Of a stretch of 20,000 nucleotides of DNA, positions 1-9,297 are shown in pieces. The notes under the pieces were generated by a model, which saw only the letters and a list, made by a program, of their open reading frames with translations, searched no databases and was not told the DNA's origin. The position numbers and the translations under genes were made by a program. Numbering within the stretch: the stretch's first letter is position 1; each line of letters begins with the position of its first letter. This DNA comes from an uncultured virus (IMG/VR IMGVR_UViG_3300048028_000412) (Duplodnaviria; Heunggongvirae; Uroviricota; Caudoviricetes), in IMG/VR virus record IMGVR_UViG_3300048028_000412, one strand, 5' to 3'.

Positions 1-1346
1 CTTCTAAATGATTGCCCAAATCCTCCTACCGTATCAGCAAAATAAGCGGCAATTGTAGAAGTAACATTAGAAGTTATAGAATTTAAAGTTTGTTCTGTAA
101 GAGATGAGTTAAACTGGAAAAATGTATCAAGTTCAATAAATGTAGTGACAGGATCAGCAAACCTAATATTAAACCCTGCGATCGCAAGTTGTTCTGCTAA
201 TGTTTCAATACTTATTTTAGTGTTAGCTTTTGTAGAAGCATCAACATCATCTTCAAATAGTATAGAGGTAAACACTGCACCGAATTCAGGCTCAATAGCA
301 TCTTGGCCACCAAACGTGGTAATATCTTTAATAAGTGTAGAATATTGTTTTAAAATTAACGAAGTATAATCAGATGCGGTAACCATTCTATTCTGGGTCG
401 CATACTGAAAAGGCGCATTTTTTTTAATAGAAGAAATACTTTCTTTTGCGTCACCACCAGTTGAAGCTGTAAAGGTCGTGGTATTTAAAGTGGTGGTAAT
501 ACCTCCAGCCGTAAGCTGAGACACGGGTGAAAACGTTGCCGCACCATTTGCTATTTTTCCATTTGTTGACACATACTGAATTTCAATTCTATTACCAGCC
601 ACTGGCGCAATACCAAATGTTTCTCCATCACCAAAAGAAAGCTCAAAGTTTCCATTAGGGGATTCTCTAAGAATGTAAATAGTAGTTCTAGCTGATATCG
701 TTCTAGTATTAATAATATTTGTGTATGTAGAAAAATCATTACCAGTGGTATCGGTATATACTTTTACGATAGCAGTATCAGCATCTAAATTAGCATCTGG
801 AATAACGTAAACAGGATTATCAATTACTTCACCTACAAGGAAAGTTTTAGTTTTTATATCACCCTCATATATTGTAATTTGGTTGGACCCTGATGAAGTT
901 TTAAACTCATAAAATCCAGTACCATCATCTTCAGCTTCTATTGTTTCAATAGTTGAAAATGTATAGGTTACATTATCAACTTCGCTTGTAAACTTGGTAT
1001 ATGCCGGTAAATTAATCTTTTTGCTTCTTGTCGTTTCAGTATTTGTAAAATAGATTCTTATTTTAGCTTGAGAAGATGTCTTAGTATCCGGAACATAACC
1101 AATACCTTCTGATAAAGACACGGCAGAGCTTCTAAGTTGTGCAGTACTTAAGTAAGATTCATTTAATGCAAAGTTAGCAATAAGTCCATTAATATGTGTA
1201 TTATACGCTAACACGTCAAGAATATTAGATAGCGCAGCACCTTCAAAATTATAGTCACTGAATTCATCTTGATTCGCAAGATAAGATTTTAAATTATTTT
1301 TAATATTATTAAAATCTAATGCTGTTGATTTAATAGTTGTTGCCAT
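1..1346 (-). CDS. gp6: Baseplate wedge subunit gp6 (3' end runs off the window; absent from the ORF track)
   Basis: ATG at 1346 immediately follows the gp25 stop. Manual translation MATTIKSTALDFNNIKNNLKSYLANQDEFSDYNFEGAALSNILDVLAYNTHINGLIANFALNESYLSTAQLRSS is the typical T4 gp6 N-terminus. Later motifs FELSFGDG, AFQYATQNRMVTASDY-like and FGGQDAIEPEFGAVF are also present. Confidence 0.93.
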   Translation of the reverse strand, partial: MATTIKSTALDFNNIKNNLKSYLANQDEFSDYNFEGAALSNILDVLAYNTHINGLIANFALNESYLSTAQLRSSAVSLSEGIGYVPDTKTSSQAKIRIYFTNTETTRSKKINLPAYTKFTSEVDNVTYTFSTIETIEAEDDGTGFYEFKTSSGSNQITIYEGDIKTKTFLVGEVIDNPVYVIPDANLDADTAIVKVYTDTTGNDFSTYTNIINTRTISARTTIYILRESPNGNFELSFGDGETFGIAPVAGNRIEIQYVSTNGKIANGAATFSPVSQLTAGGITTTLNTTTFTASTGGDAKESISSIKKNAPFQYATQNRMVTASDYTSLILKQYSTLIKDITTFGGQDAIEPEFGAVFTSILFEDDVDASTKANTKISIETLAEQLAIAGFNIRFADPVTTFIELDTFFQFNSSLTEQTLNSITSNVTSTIAAYFADTVGGFGQSFR

Positions 1347-1787
1347 TTATCTTAACCTTGAAAGTGTTGTAGATAGAGTAACTTGCTCTCTTGAATTTAC
1401 TACTTGGAATACTATAGTAGTACTAACGCTATTTCGATCTGAATTAGATACAACTTTAATATCTAATATCAAAGCTCTAGGTTCATATGCTTCTATAGCT
1501 TCTTTTATTGTTCTTTTTATTGCTGATGTTGTTGTACCATCTGCCATTTCAAATAACATAGCCGAAACATTACCGCCAAAATATGGCTGAAATGGTTTTT
1601 CATAGTGATTAGTTAAAACAATATTCTTTACTGATTGTTTCACCGCTGCCGCATCAATCTTTTTATATATCTCACCATTAGGTTTTGCGGTAAAGGAAAT
1701 ATCAATATCAGAAAACTTCTTTGATCTAGATACAATAATACTTGCATCTAGATTTCTGTCTTCAACTGATAAAACTCTATTAGTCAT
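1347..1787 (-). CDS. gp25: Baseplate wedge subunit gp25 (GPW/gp25 family)
   Basis: Motifs AVKQSVKNIVLTNHYEKPFQPYFGGNVSAMLFE and IEAYEPRA; adjacent to gp6. Confidence 0.93.
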   Translation of the reverse strand: MTNRVLSVEDRNLDASIIVSRSKKFSDIDISFTAKPNGEIYKKIDAAAVKQSVKNIVLTNHYEKPFQPYFGGNVSAMLFEMADGTTTSAIKRTIKEAIEAYEPRALILDIKVVSNSDRNSVSTTIVFQVVNSREQVTLSTTLSRLR

Positions 1788-1805
1788 TTTAGCCCGTTTT
1801 TTCTT

Positions 1806-1813
1806 TATTTATA
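1806..1813 (-). promoter_or_regulatory. T4-type late promoter TATAAATA for gp25-gp6
   Basis: TATTTATA on + at 1806-1813, in the short intergenic gap 18 nt upstream of the gp25 ATG. Confidence 0.8.
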
Positions 1814-1816
1814 CGT

Positions 1817-4327
1817 CTAAGGGGCGGCATTTGCTCGAACATAATTAAACCAATAACCATCTTGCTGACGAATACTTCCAACCTCACGCCCCGCAAAATG
1901 GGTGTTATCGTAACTCCATACTCTTCTAGCACCAATATCAACGTGTAGAATGGTATTACCGAATCCAAAGCCTTTAAATCCTGCTTTAGTTGCAGCTGCT
2001 ACTAGCTTATCTTTTTGTGCATTACTCATTCCTGTAATACTAATATCTAATGCCTTTCCGAACCAGTGCTGATTATATCCATTATCTACTTTGGCAACTT
2101 TTCTTGAGGTGCTAGCTTTAGGCAACGCATCATTGATAATAAGCTTGCCGCCATAATATTGCTGCATAAGTGTGTATTGATTGGCAAGTAGTGCTGCCAT
2201 ATTATCTACCGCACCCGGCGATATACTTGGATGGGTTTTATCGCCTTGCCTAGTTATATAAGGATTATTAGCCGGACTTAAATTAATACCATAATCGCCA
2301 CCTTTCGAAAGAACTCCATCAAATTCTGATTTAAATCTGCTCTGAGATAAAACTTCTACCAGGTCTCCGGATGTAAGATCGTTATTATTAAATTCCGTTT
2401 TAACTTTGCGATTAAATGTGCCGATCCAGTTCTTATCAATTTCAGGGAGAGTTATAATAATTCTGCTAGACAATAACTCTTTACCTGAATCTGGATTAAT
2501 ATCAATGGTATCATATGACAATATAAGTTCATCATAAACCGCGTTGTCTTTTAAGAATACAGCAATATCAAACGTTCTTTGTATGCTTGATTTGCCACTA
2601 TTATCGACCACATTATATACAACTGTACGGCCTTTGAGTTTAAGATCATTTAAAGAATCTGGAGTGATTGTTTCAGAAGGACCTGGCTTGTATATACTTT
2701 CTGCAACTTCTAAAGTTACATCTTTAAATTCACTATCATTATCCCGTACTAATTTTATGATCCGCGCATGAATGTACAAATACTTTGCTATTTCTACTCT
2801 TACGGCTTGATCTCTAATAAAGTCAATGTTAGTAGGATCATCTGTACCTAAAAATTTAGAAAGAGTAATACCTTCTGCTAATTTAGTAGAGGCACTAATA
2901 GATTTTTGTCTATAAGGATTATAAACTTCTTCAGGTAATACATGAGGATTAGCTCTCTTCGGAAGAAACGCTGACAATTTATTATTTGTCTGAGAACCAA
3001 TTCTATCTAATTCAGAGTGAGATGAAACAGGGGTAGCATCGCTTGAAAGAATTCTTCCTGTACCCTTTGGAATAGGTGAGTTCCACTCACCGCATATTAT
3101 TCCTTCTGCCAAAAGATATGATACAAATGAGCTATTAGACCTGTTGGCCGGATCTCTTAATCGCGATCTAGCCTTGTCAGCATTGATATTAGAATTAGAT
3201 ATGCCTCCAGTATCAACACTTCTATCTAGATAATTTTTAATAAAGTCTCCTACATCAATCTTTACTCTGTTTATACCGCCCGCTGACTTAGTGAGATAAT
3301 CGTCAATGATAGAGTCGCTAGGTTTAGTAATGGCAGGGGTTGCTGTATTCGTAATAGTTCCTGCTGACCCAACACCTCCTCCAGTACTTGGATCCGCATA
3401 GTTCTGAGACTGTGCTACTGTAGCTGTAGTAGCGGTGCCATCTAAGTCTCCATGAAATGTTGGTGCTGTTACTCCTGCTTCAAACACAGCTCCTTTACCT
3501 GAGAATACCATGTTAGGATTACCAATAGTACCTGACTTAGCAGTAACTGCCATAGAGTTAGCAAACTGGTTCATATTGTTAGAAGATACAGTAAGCTTAT
3601 CTTCTGCAGTAATTTTGGTATCATCGCTTGTAGAATATCTTGCAGAGCCTTCTACTCTGTTGATATATTCGCCTTTAATACTTTGCTTCTTACCAGCAAG
3701 AAAAGTATTAGTGACAGCTTGAGTAACTGCTTTTACATAAGAACCGCCAACAAGCTTTTCAATATTGCCTGCAATAGATTCTTTTATATGACCTAGAATC
3801 TTTTCTGTTTTATTACCTCTTACAGTAACATTATAGTTTAAACAGTCAATATTATAGTCACCCGTAACTTTAAGATTAAGATTGCCCTTGTATATAATTT
3901 GTCCTTCACCTTCTACAATAGTAACTTGATCTCCGCCTGTTACATTAATTTGGTTATCTAATGCCGATATCTTAATGCTACCATCTTTGGTGAGCTCTAT
4001 ACCTGCTCCAGTGTTATGTTTTATTAGCACCCGCTCAGCACCTGGTGTATCATCAGTTTCAATGATATGCCCTGAAATAGTTTCTTGAATTTGGCATAAA
4101 GGATATTCGGAGGCAATTATTTCATCTGACTCGGATTCTAATACAGCAGCAGCGGCTTTGCCTTTAAAAAACAATTCGTGTTTTCTAGAACCAGTCGCCC
4201 CATAGTTAACACTAGAGGAATTAAAATATTCGGCTTTAGGATATTCACCACGAGGATCCTCATGCTGAACTTGAGAACGATCTTCTATTTCTTTTTCAAT
4301 ATCGCTTTCCGTATAAATCTCAGGCAT
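1817..4327 (-). CDS. gp5 C-terminal part (baseplate spike/beta-helix region) fused to a degenerate and an intact peptidase M15-like domain
   Basis: EYPLCQIQETISGHIIETDDTPGAERVLIKHNTGAGIE followed by V/I-x-G repeats is typical of the gp5 C-terminal half. The C-terminus has QHWFGKALDI...GFGFGNTILHVDIG (H, D, H zinc ligands of M15). Confidence 0.8.
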   Translation of the reverse strand: MPEIYTESDIEKEIEDRSQVQHEDPRGEYPKAEYFNSSSVNYGATGSRKHELFFKGKAAAAVLESESDEIIASEYPLCQIQETISGHIIETDDTPGAERVLIKHNTGAGIELTKDGSIKISALDNQINVTGGDQVTIVEGEGQIIYKGNLNLKVTGDYNIDCLNYNVTVRGNKTEKILGHIKESIAGNIEKLVGGSYVKAVTQAVTNTFLAGKKQSIKGEYINRVEGSARYSTSDDTKITAEDKLTVSSNNMNQFANSMAVTAKSGTIGNPNMVFSGKGAVFEAGVTAPTFHGDLDGTATTATVAQSQNYADPSTGGGVGSAGTITNTATPAITKPSDSIIDDYLTKSAGGINRVKIDVGDFIKNYLDRSVDTGGISNSNINADKARSRLRDPANRSNSSFVSYLLAEGIICGEWNSPIPKGTGRILSSDATPVSSHSELDRIGSQTNNKLSAFLPKRANPHVLPEEVYNPYRQKSISASTKLAEGITLSKFLGTDDPTNIDFIRDQAVRVEIAKYLYIHARIIKLVRDNDSEFKDVTLEVAESIYKPGPSETITPDSLNDLKLKGRTVVYNVVDNSGKSSIQRTFDIAVFLKDNAVYDELILSYDTIDINPDSGKELLSSRIIITLPEIDKNWIGTFNRKVKTEFNNNDLTSGDLVEVLSQSRFKSEFDGVLSKGGDYGINLSPANNPYITRQGDKTHPSISPGAVDNMAALLANQYTLMQQYYGGKLIINDALPKASTSRKVAKVDNGYNQHWFGKALDISITGMSNAQKDKLVAAATKAGFKGFGFGNTILHVDIGARRVWSYDNTHFAGREVGSIRQQDGYWFNYVRANAAP

Positions 4328-5889
4328 TATATTATATCTTTTCTTTCTAGGGGAGGATTAACACTAGGATCATAGTCTAGATTATTTTGTCTTTTAAACG
4401 AATTTTTAATAAAAGAATCTACATCAAAATGTGGACCAGGCTGATTAACGTTTATTTGACTTATACCAAATACTTGCACTCCAGGCTTTACGAGATATAA
4501 GCTTTTTAAGAATTTTTTAAGAGTTTTCATTTGTTGATCGGTGTAAGAATTTGAGCTATAATAATCTCTATAGTTTATTCCTCTACCAGCTTCTCTATCT
4601 ATACCTCCGACTAAACCAATAACAATAGATCTCTTATGGTGATCGTTGACTAGTAGCCTATTAGGTGGAGTTTCATTATCAGCAGGAAGACCTCTCTGTA
4701 AATCACCGGATCTTGTAAATACATAATGATATCCTATACCATTTCTACCAGCATCGATTGCTTTTTGGTGTAAGCTATACGCATTTGCTAATACGTCGGT
4801 CGTAGTATTGGTGCTAATAATGATTACTTCAGTAATATCTCTATCAATATTACTTACTTCATTAAGTATCTCTCTTTCACTGAACATATTATTTTTAAAA
4901 TAAGAATTCGGAGTATCTCTTCCTTTCCACTCATTTTTAAGTTTAGACAAGTCAATGCCAGGAACTGAACTAACAGGAATATTTTCTACTAGATTTTTAC
5001 TTGCAGAAACGTCTATGATAATTAAAGCTTTATATATTTCATCCGCGGTTTTATTACTCATCGATGATATTAGATCAACAGCTTTAATATAATTTTTATT
5101 GGCTATTAGGGATATAATTTTTACTTTGTTATTTTCGAAAGATCTACTAAATTCCGGAGAGGTGAGCTGTAAAACAGCATTTTCAGTTATCTTAAGATTA
5201 TCCTCTACTATGTTATCCATAATAGAATTATAGCCGGCAGTATTCTTTGCAATAACTTTTCCTGCGGACGATAAAAACTCGGAAACTGCATTAGATTTTA
5301 ATGCACTTAAAGAATTAGTAACAGAAAAAATATTATTAAAAGAAGAAGTAAGAAAGTTCTGTGCATAAATCTCATAATCATCCATAGGATTAAGAGATCC
5401 TGTAGAGCTAAGGGGGCTTGAGAGATCTATATTTCTTCCTACTATTGCCTTTATTTGATCGCTAGTTGCTCCTACAGCAGTAGTAAGTGCCTGAGCCATC
5501 GCTTCAGGGGATCCTGATGAAACAACGTCATCTAATAGACTACCTGTTGTTAAATCATTGCTTCCTGTTATTGTAGTAAGATCACTTTGGCTTCCTACTT
5601 CTTTGACTAAAGTCGAAGACAATTCAGAATTGTTAACCGAAGTAAGCTCTGTTAAAACTAGATTAGTAGTAACCTGAGTAGGAGTAGAGCCGGCAACATT
5701 ACTAACAACATCATTAATACCAGTAAGAGAAGAGAATCCATTAAAATTATCTCCAGGATTAACACCAGCCTTTGAGACTTTACTAATGGCTGCCTGTGTT
5801 TGTAGCTGATTAAGAATTGTGTTAGTATTCTCAATATTTTGAGCTCTTCTAAGATTTGAAAATATGCTATGAATAAATTCAGATGACAT
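4327..5889 (-). CDS. Virion-associated protein with a C-terminal T7-lysozyme/Amidase_2-like domain, apparently lacking zinc ligands
   Basis: C-terminal RDITEVIIIST...GIGYHYVFTRSGDLQRG...SIVIGLVGG...TDQQMKTL...VFGISQ...PHFDV follows the amidase_2 pattern. The N-terminus is S/T/N-rich. The gene sits between the two gp5 halves. Confidence 0.7.
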   Translation of the reverse strand: MSSEFIHSIFSNLRRAQNIENTNTILNQLQTQAAISKVSKAGVNPGDNFNGFSSLTGINDVVSNVAGSTPTQVTTNLVLTELTSVNNSELSSTLVKEVGSQSDLTTITGSNDLTTGSLLDDVVSSGSPEAMAQALTTAVGATSDQIKAIVGRNIDLSSPLSSTGSLNPMDDYEIYAQNFLTSSFNNIFSVTNSLSALKSNAVSEFLSSAGKVIAKNTAGYNSIMDNIVEDNLKITENAVLQLTSPEFSRSFENNKVKIISLIANKNYIKAVDLISSMSNKTADEIYKALIIIDVSASKNLVENIPVSSVPGIDLSKLKNEWKGRDTPNSYFKNNMFSEREILNEVSNIDRDITEVIIISTNTTTDVLANAYSLHQKAIDAGRNGIGYHYVFTRSGDLQRGLPADNETPPNRLLVNDHHKRSIVIGLVGGIDREAGRGINYRDYYSSNSYTDQQMKTLKKFLKSLYLVKPGVQVFGISQINVNQPGPHFDVDSFIKNSFKRQNNLDYDPSVNPPLERKDII

Positions 5890-5891
5890 TA

Positions 5892-6824
5892 TTATAATCC
5901 ACTAATTGAATTGTTGAGCGCGTTATTATAGTCTTCATACGCAAGCCTGGCGAGCTCTTCTCGTTTTTTTAACTTCTTAGTTTTTTGTGCTGGATTCTCA
6001 TACTTATCTAAAAACACCCACGTAGAATTTCTATTGCTAATACCGCCTTCAAAAGTAGTTGTATTAATAAGTTTTGAATAAGTACTAGCAAATGCTGCAC
6101 CATTAGTTGCTGTGTCTTTTTGGCCTCTAAGCTCGTGTAAAATAAACTCTAGTTGTAGAAAGAAGTCATCTGGCTGCTTGTGGCTTAACTCTGCAAAGGC
6201 TCTTAATTTATCCTGACGATAGCCTGCATTTGCTGAATTATTCCATTGTGCAAGTCCCCATGAATTTTCACCTACTACGTCAGTAGGCCTTGAAGGATCA
6301 AGCGCGCTTTCAGCCTGCAGATTACCAACGATACCAGCTGCGGCTATAGGTGATAGCCGATTAGCCACAAAAAACTGAGTAATAATAACTCTTTTTTGTG
6401 CTATACTAGTATCGTCTCTATAGCTTTGTTTTAATTCAATAGGAATAAATACGCCATCTCTACCGACATTATTGTCAGCAAGACTCGCAGCATTACCTGA
6501 TAGTCCTGCAAGCTTTTGTTGTATCTTTGATGGTCTTTCAAATTTATTTAATGATCCGAGTATAATAGGTGACTGTGATAAAGCACCGTCAGCAAATATC
6601 CCAAAAACTGTACTTGATGGAAGTATCTGAGGTATTTTACCCATACCTGATATTGCGGCTTCAGTAGTAGGTAGCATGCAATCAGCCCATGGAAGATCTT
6701 CAAAAGCAACATTAGGACCATGGATACCATGTATTCTAATTTTAGCTTTGCCTACAGCGGCACGTTGAGAACTAACGCCAACGACTGTTCCTAGAAACCA
6801 TCTTATATTATCGCCGTAATACAT
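5892..6824 (-). CDS. gp5 N-terminal OB-fold domain fused to a phage tail lysozyme (Phage_lysozyme2-like) domain
   Basis: WFLGTVV...GKAKIRIHGIH...LPWA...VFGIFADGALSQSPIILGSL is the gp5 OB fold. AAAGIVGNLQAES...SWGLAQWN...LQLEFILHEL...YENP is the tail-lysozyme pattern, with the presumed catalytic Glu present. Confidence 0.85.
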   Translation of the reverse strand: MYYGDNIRWFLGTVVGVSSQRAAVGKAKIRIHGIHGPNVAFEDLPWADCMLPTTEAAISGMGKIPQILPSSTVFGIFADGALSQSPIILGSLNKFERPSKIQQKLAGLSGNAASLADNNVGRDGVFIPIELKQSYRDDTSIAQKRVIITQFFVANRLSPIAAAGIVGNLQAESALDPSRPTDVVGENSWGLAQWNNSANAGYRQDKLRAFAELSHKQPDDFFLQLEFILHELRGQKDTATNGAAFASTYSKLINTTTFEGGISNRNSTWVFLDKYENPAQKTKKLKKREELARLAYEDYNNALNNSISGL

Positions 6825-6826
6825 TT

Positions 6827-8236
6827 TTATCCTTTAATAAAATTCGGTCTAGATATTCTGGCGCATTGAATAGAAATATTATGCGTCCTTTCTGGAATAT
6901 CAAGAATATGTCTTTTTGCAAGCATTACGTGCCTACCCGAATTAGTGGTGCTTTTCTTTACTATTGTATTTAGTGAAGATGGAGATTCGCCTAAAATAGT
7001 AACAGAAAGTTGATTACCTACACTTAGCAATACATTCTCAGATGAATTAGTTTTAGGTAAAAACAAAAACCCTGGCATTTCTAGGTTATAGATATTTTTA
7101 GTAAGATATAATAAAAGCGCATTTCTAAATTCTGGTAGGACTGCTTCAAAATAAGTTGACTCTTGGTTAAAGCTATTTACCGGAGTTAAAGGGTAGTTAG
7201 ATGTAGAAATGGTTGAAATTATTTTTGAATTCATTTCTCCCAATGTTTTTTCTGTTGCCCCACTAGGATCTACAATAAAGTTTTCATCGATAAGTTTAGT
7301 AAATTCTTTTTCGTCAATAATATTATTATTCTCAAGCATAGTTATAACAGAGTTAACTATAGAATAATGTCTTGTGTCATCTTTTGATTCATCACCTAAA
7401 ACTACATAGTTATGTAATATACCACCTGCTCCCTGTTCTACGAGGCTAAGTGTATCTTCTAATGCAGATCCAGAATAGCTTTTTAGTGCAGAAGATATTG
7501 CCGCAAAGTTATTTAAAGGAGCATTCGTCTGCCCTTGAGAATATACGAATGGCAAGCTTTCGTTAAACGACTGCCTTGTTAATATGGACTCAAGGTCTGC
7601 CAATATAAGTTTATCTGAATATAAAGAAGAATAAAGAAAATATGGACAACCAGTAGTAGTAGTCATTTTACTTAAAACTGTCAAACATGCCTGCATAGGA
7701 GAAAGGTATGGCACTACGTATTTAAAAGCAGATTGATGTGAAGGTTTACTAAAGTTAGTATCCAATTCTATTCCAAGATTATCTTGTAGAATAGACTGGA
7801 CTATTTGCTCACCTGTACCGGTATATCCTTTGCTTATCTTTTGAACTTTATCATAATAACCTATGTCTTCAATTAAATCGAACACGAAAACGTTAGTAAA
7901 GTCGTTATAAGTTTCAGCAGAAGCAATAGATCTAATAATAAATGTCTTTGTTATATTTTTAATATACGATGCTGGATATCCAAATTCAATAACTATTTTT
8001 TCTGAGCCTTTAATGCCAGGAAAATCAAGCAAGCCGAAGTCATCAACAAGTACTAATTTACCTGTGAGGTACGGCATTGAGATGTGCTCAAACATACTAA
8101 GTTCGACTGACGTTTGAATAATATCAATCTCATCAGTAACAGTGCCTGAATTTATTTTAAAATTATAGCCAGGTATTTTTAACGAGAGCTTTGTTAAATC
8201 AAAGGTTTCTGGCGTAAAGTTGGTGTTTGGATTCAT
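6827..8236 (-). CDS. Probable baseplate hub protein (gp27-like)
   Basis: Position between gp53 and gp5. Motifs FEHISMPYLTGKLVLVD..G.EKI.IEF, KISKGYTG, YVVPYLSP and PYFLY resemble hub proteins of marine T4-like phages. Family assignment is inferred. Confidence 0.55.
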   Translation of the reverse strand: MNPNTNFTPETFDLTKLSLKIPGYNFKINSGTVTDEIDIIQTSVELSMFEHISMPYLTGKLVLVDDFGLLDFPGIKGSEKIVIEFGYPASYIKNITKTFIIRSIASAETYNDFTNVFVFDLIEDIGYYDKVQKISKGYTGTGEQIVQSILQDNLGIELDTNFSKPSHQSAFKYVVPYLSPMQACLTVLSKMTTTTGCPYFLYSSLYSDKLILADLESILTRQSFNESLPFVYSQGQTNAPLNNFAAISSALKSYSGSALEDTLSLVEQGAGGILHNYVVLGDESKDDTRHYSIVNSVITMLENNNIIDEKEFTKLIDENFIVDPSGATEKTLGEMNSKIISTISTSNYPLTPVNSFNQESTYFEAVLPEFRNALLLYLTKNIYNLEMPGFLFLPKTNSSENVLLSVGNQLSVTILGESPSSLNTIVKKSTTNSGRHVMLAKRHILDIPERTHNISIQCARISRPNFIKG

Positions 8237-9297
8237 TGAACAAGAAGCCTCTGGTATTCGTCTTGAATTCGCCTTGCAACCTCTGGCGTAAATATTTTAA
8301 TTTGTGACAGATTATCATTGTTTTCTATAAAGAGTTGTTGTATAGTTTTACCAGTATATCCAAGATTATTTAAAGTAAAGGGAAGATTATCTACGCCTCC
8401 ATCAATTTGCCTTGGAAGATCTACTATATTACCATTAGCGTCTTCATAATGATGCACGCTTTCATACTGCGCAAATGATTGTTGAGCCACAATCCCAAAA
8501 CTATCCGGATCTGCAGCGGGAGAACCTGTCCAAAGTCCTATGTCTTTTTCGCCCTTTTGAGACCAAAGTTCTTGAGAGCCTCCTGGCAATCCGTAGCTAG
8601 ATAGAGTGACAATACCAGTGGCTCTAACTCCTCGTGCTAATTCAGGAGCAGAGAAAGTTATAGTAGGAGCAGATTTATAATCATCTCCGCCATCAATAAC
8701 TGTTACGCCTGACACTTCTCCATCTTCATTTAACTCTGGCACCGCTACAGCTCCACCGCCGCCTCCACCCGAAAATGAAATAGTAGGAATATCTGTATAA
8801 CCAGATCCTCCATTAGTAATAGCTATAGAAGCAACTTCAACAATAGGCTTAACAATAAGATGCCCAAGGTCTAAGTCCTTTTTAATAATTTTACCCTTGA
8901 AAGGTGGATTATCAAATGTCCCATCAATATCTTTTTTTGCAATAAGATCATTAACAAAAAACTCTGACTGAAGATTCGAATTTGTTTTAATTGTAGTATT
9001 AGGATAATATAACTTAAGATAATCATATACTTCAGATGGAGTAAACGGCCAACCTTGCGTTCTTAATTTTTCATTTAATAAATAGAACTGCCAATAATAA
9101 TCGGTAGTTCCATATAAGTTTTGAGATAATACATCGGGTCTCTCGCCGTTCGGAATAACTATTTCGGTATATACCCCTATTTGATCAGACAGTTGATCTA
9201 TAATATCAATATAAGTCGTTAAATTTTGAAACGCTGCTTGCGAATTCTCGTTACCGAAATTATAAGCAACAAGTGGAAAGTTCGTAAAAAAAGTCAT
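8233..9297 (-). CDS. gp53: Baseplate wedge protein gp53 with an inserted glycine-rich repeat domain
   Basis: MTFFTNFPLVAY, GERPDVLSQNLYGTTDYYWQFYLLN...WP (LysM-like) and VHHYED motifs. Confidence 0.85.
   Translation of the reverse strand: MTFFTNFPLVAYNFGNENSQAAFQNLTTYIDIIDQLSDQIGVYTEIVIPNGERPDVLSQNLYGTTDYYWQFYLLNEKLRTQGWPFTPSEVYDYLKLYYPNTTIKTNSNLQSEFFVNDLIAKKDIDGTFDNPPFKGKIIKKDLDLGHLIVKPIVEVASIAITNGGSGYTDIPTISFSGGGGGGAVAVPELNEDGEVSGVTVIDGGDDYKSAPTITFSAPELARGVRATGIVTLSSYGLPGGSQELWSQKGEKDIGLWTGSPAADPDSFGIVAQQSFAQYESVHHYEDANGNIVDLPRQIDGGVDNLPFTLNNLGYTGKTIQQLFIENNDNLSQIKIFTPEVARRIQDEYQRLLVQ

Noticed and set aside
145..739. Track ORFs 145-369 (+) and 551-739 (-)
   Set aside because: Antisense or alternate-frame shadows of gp6.
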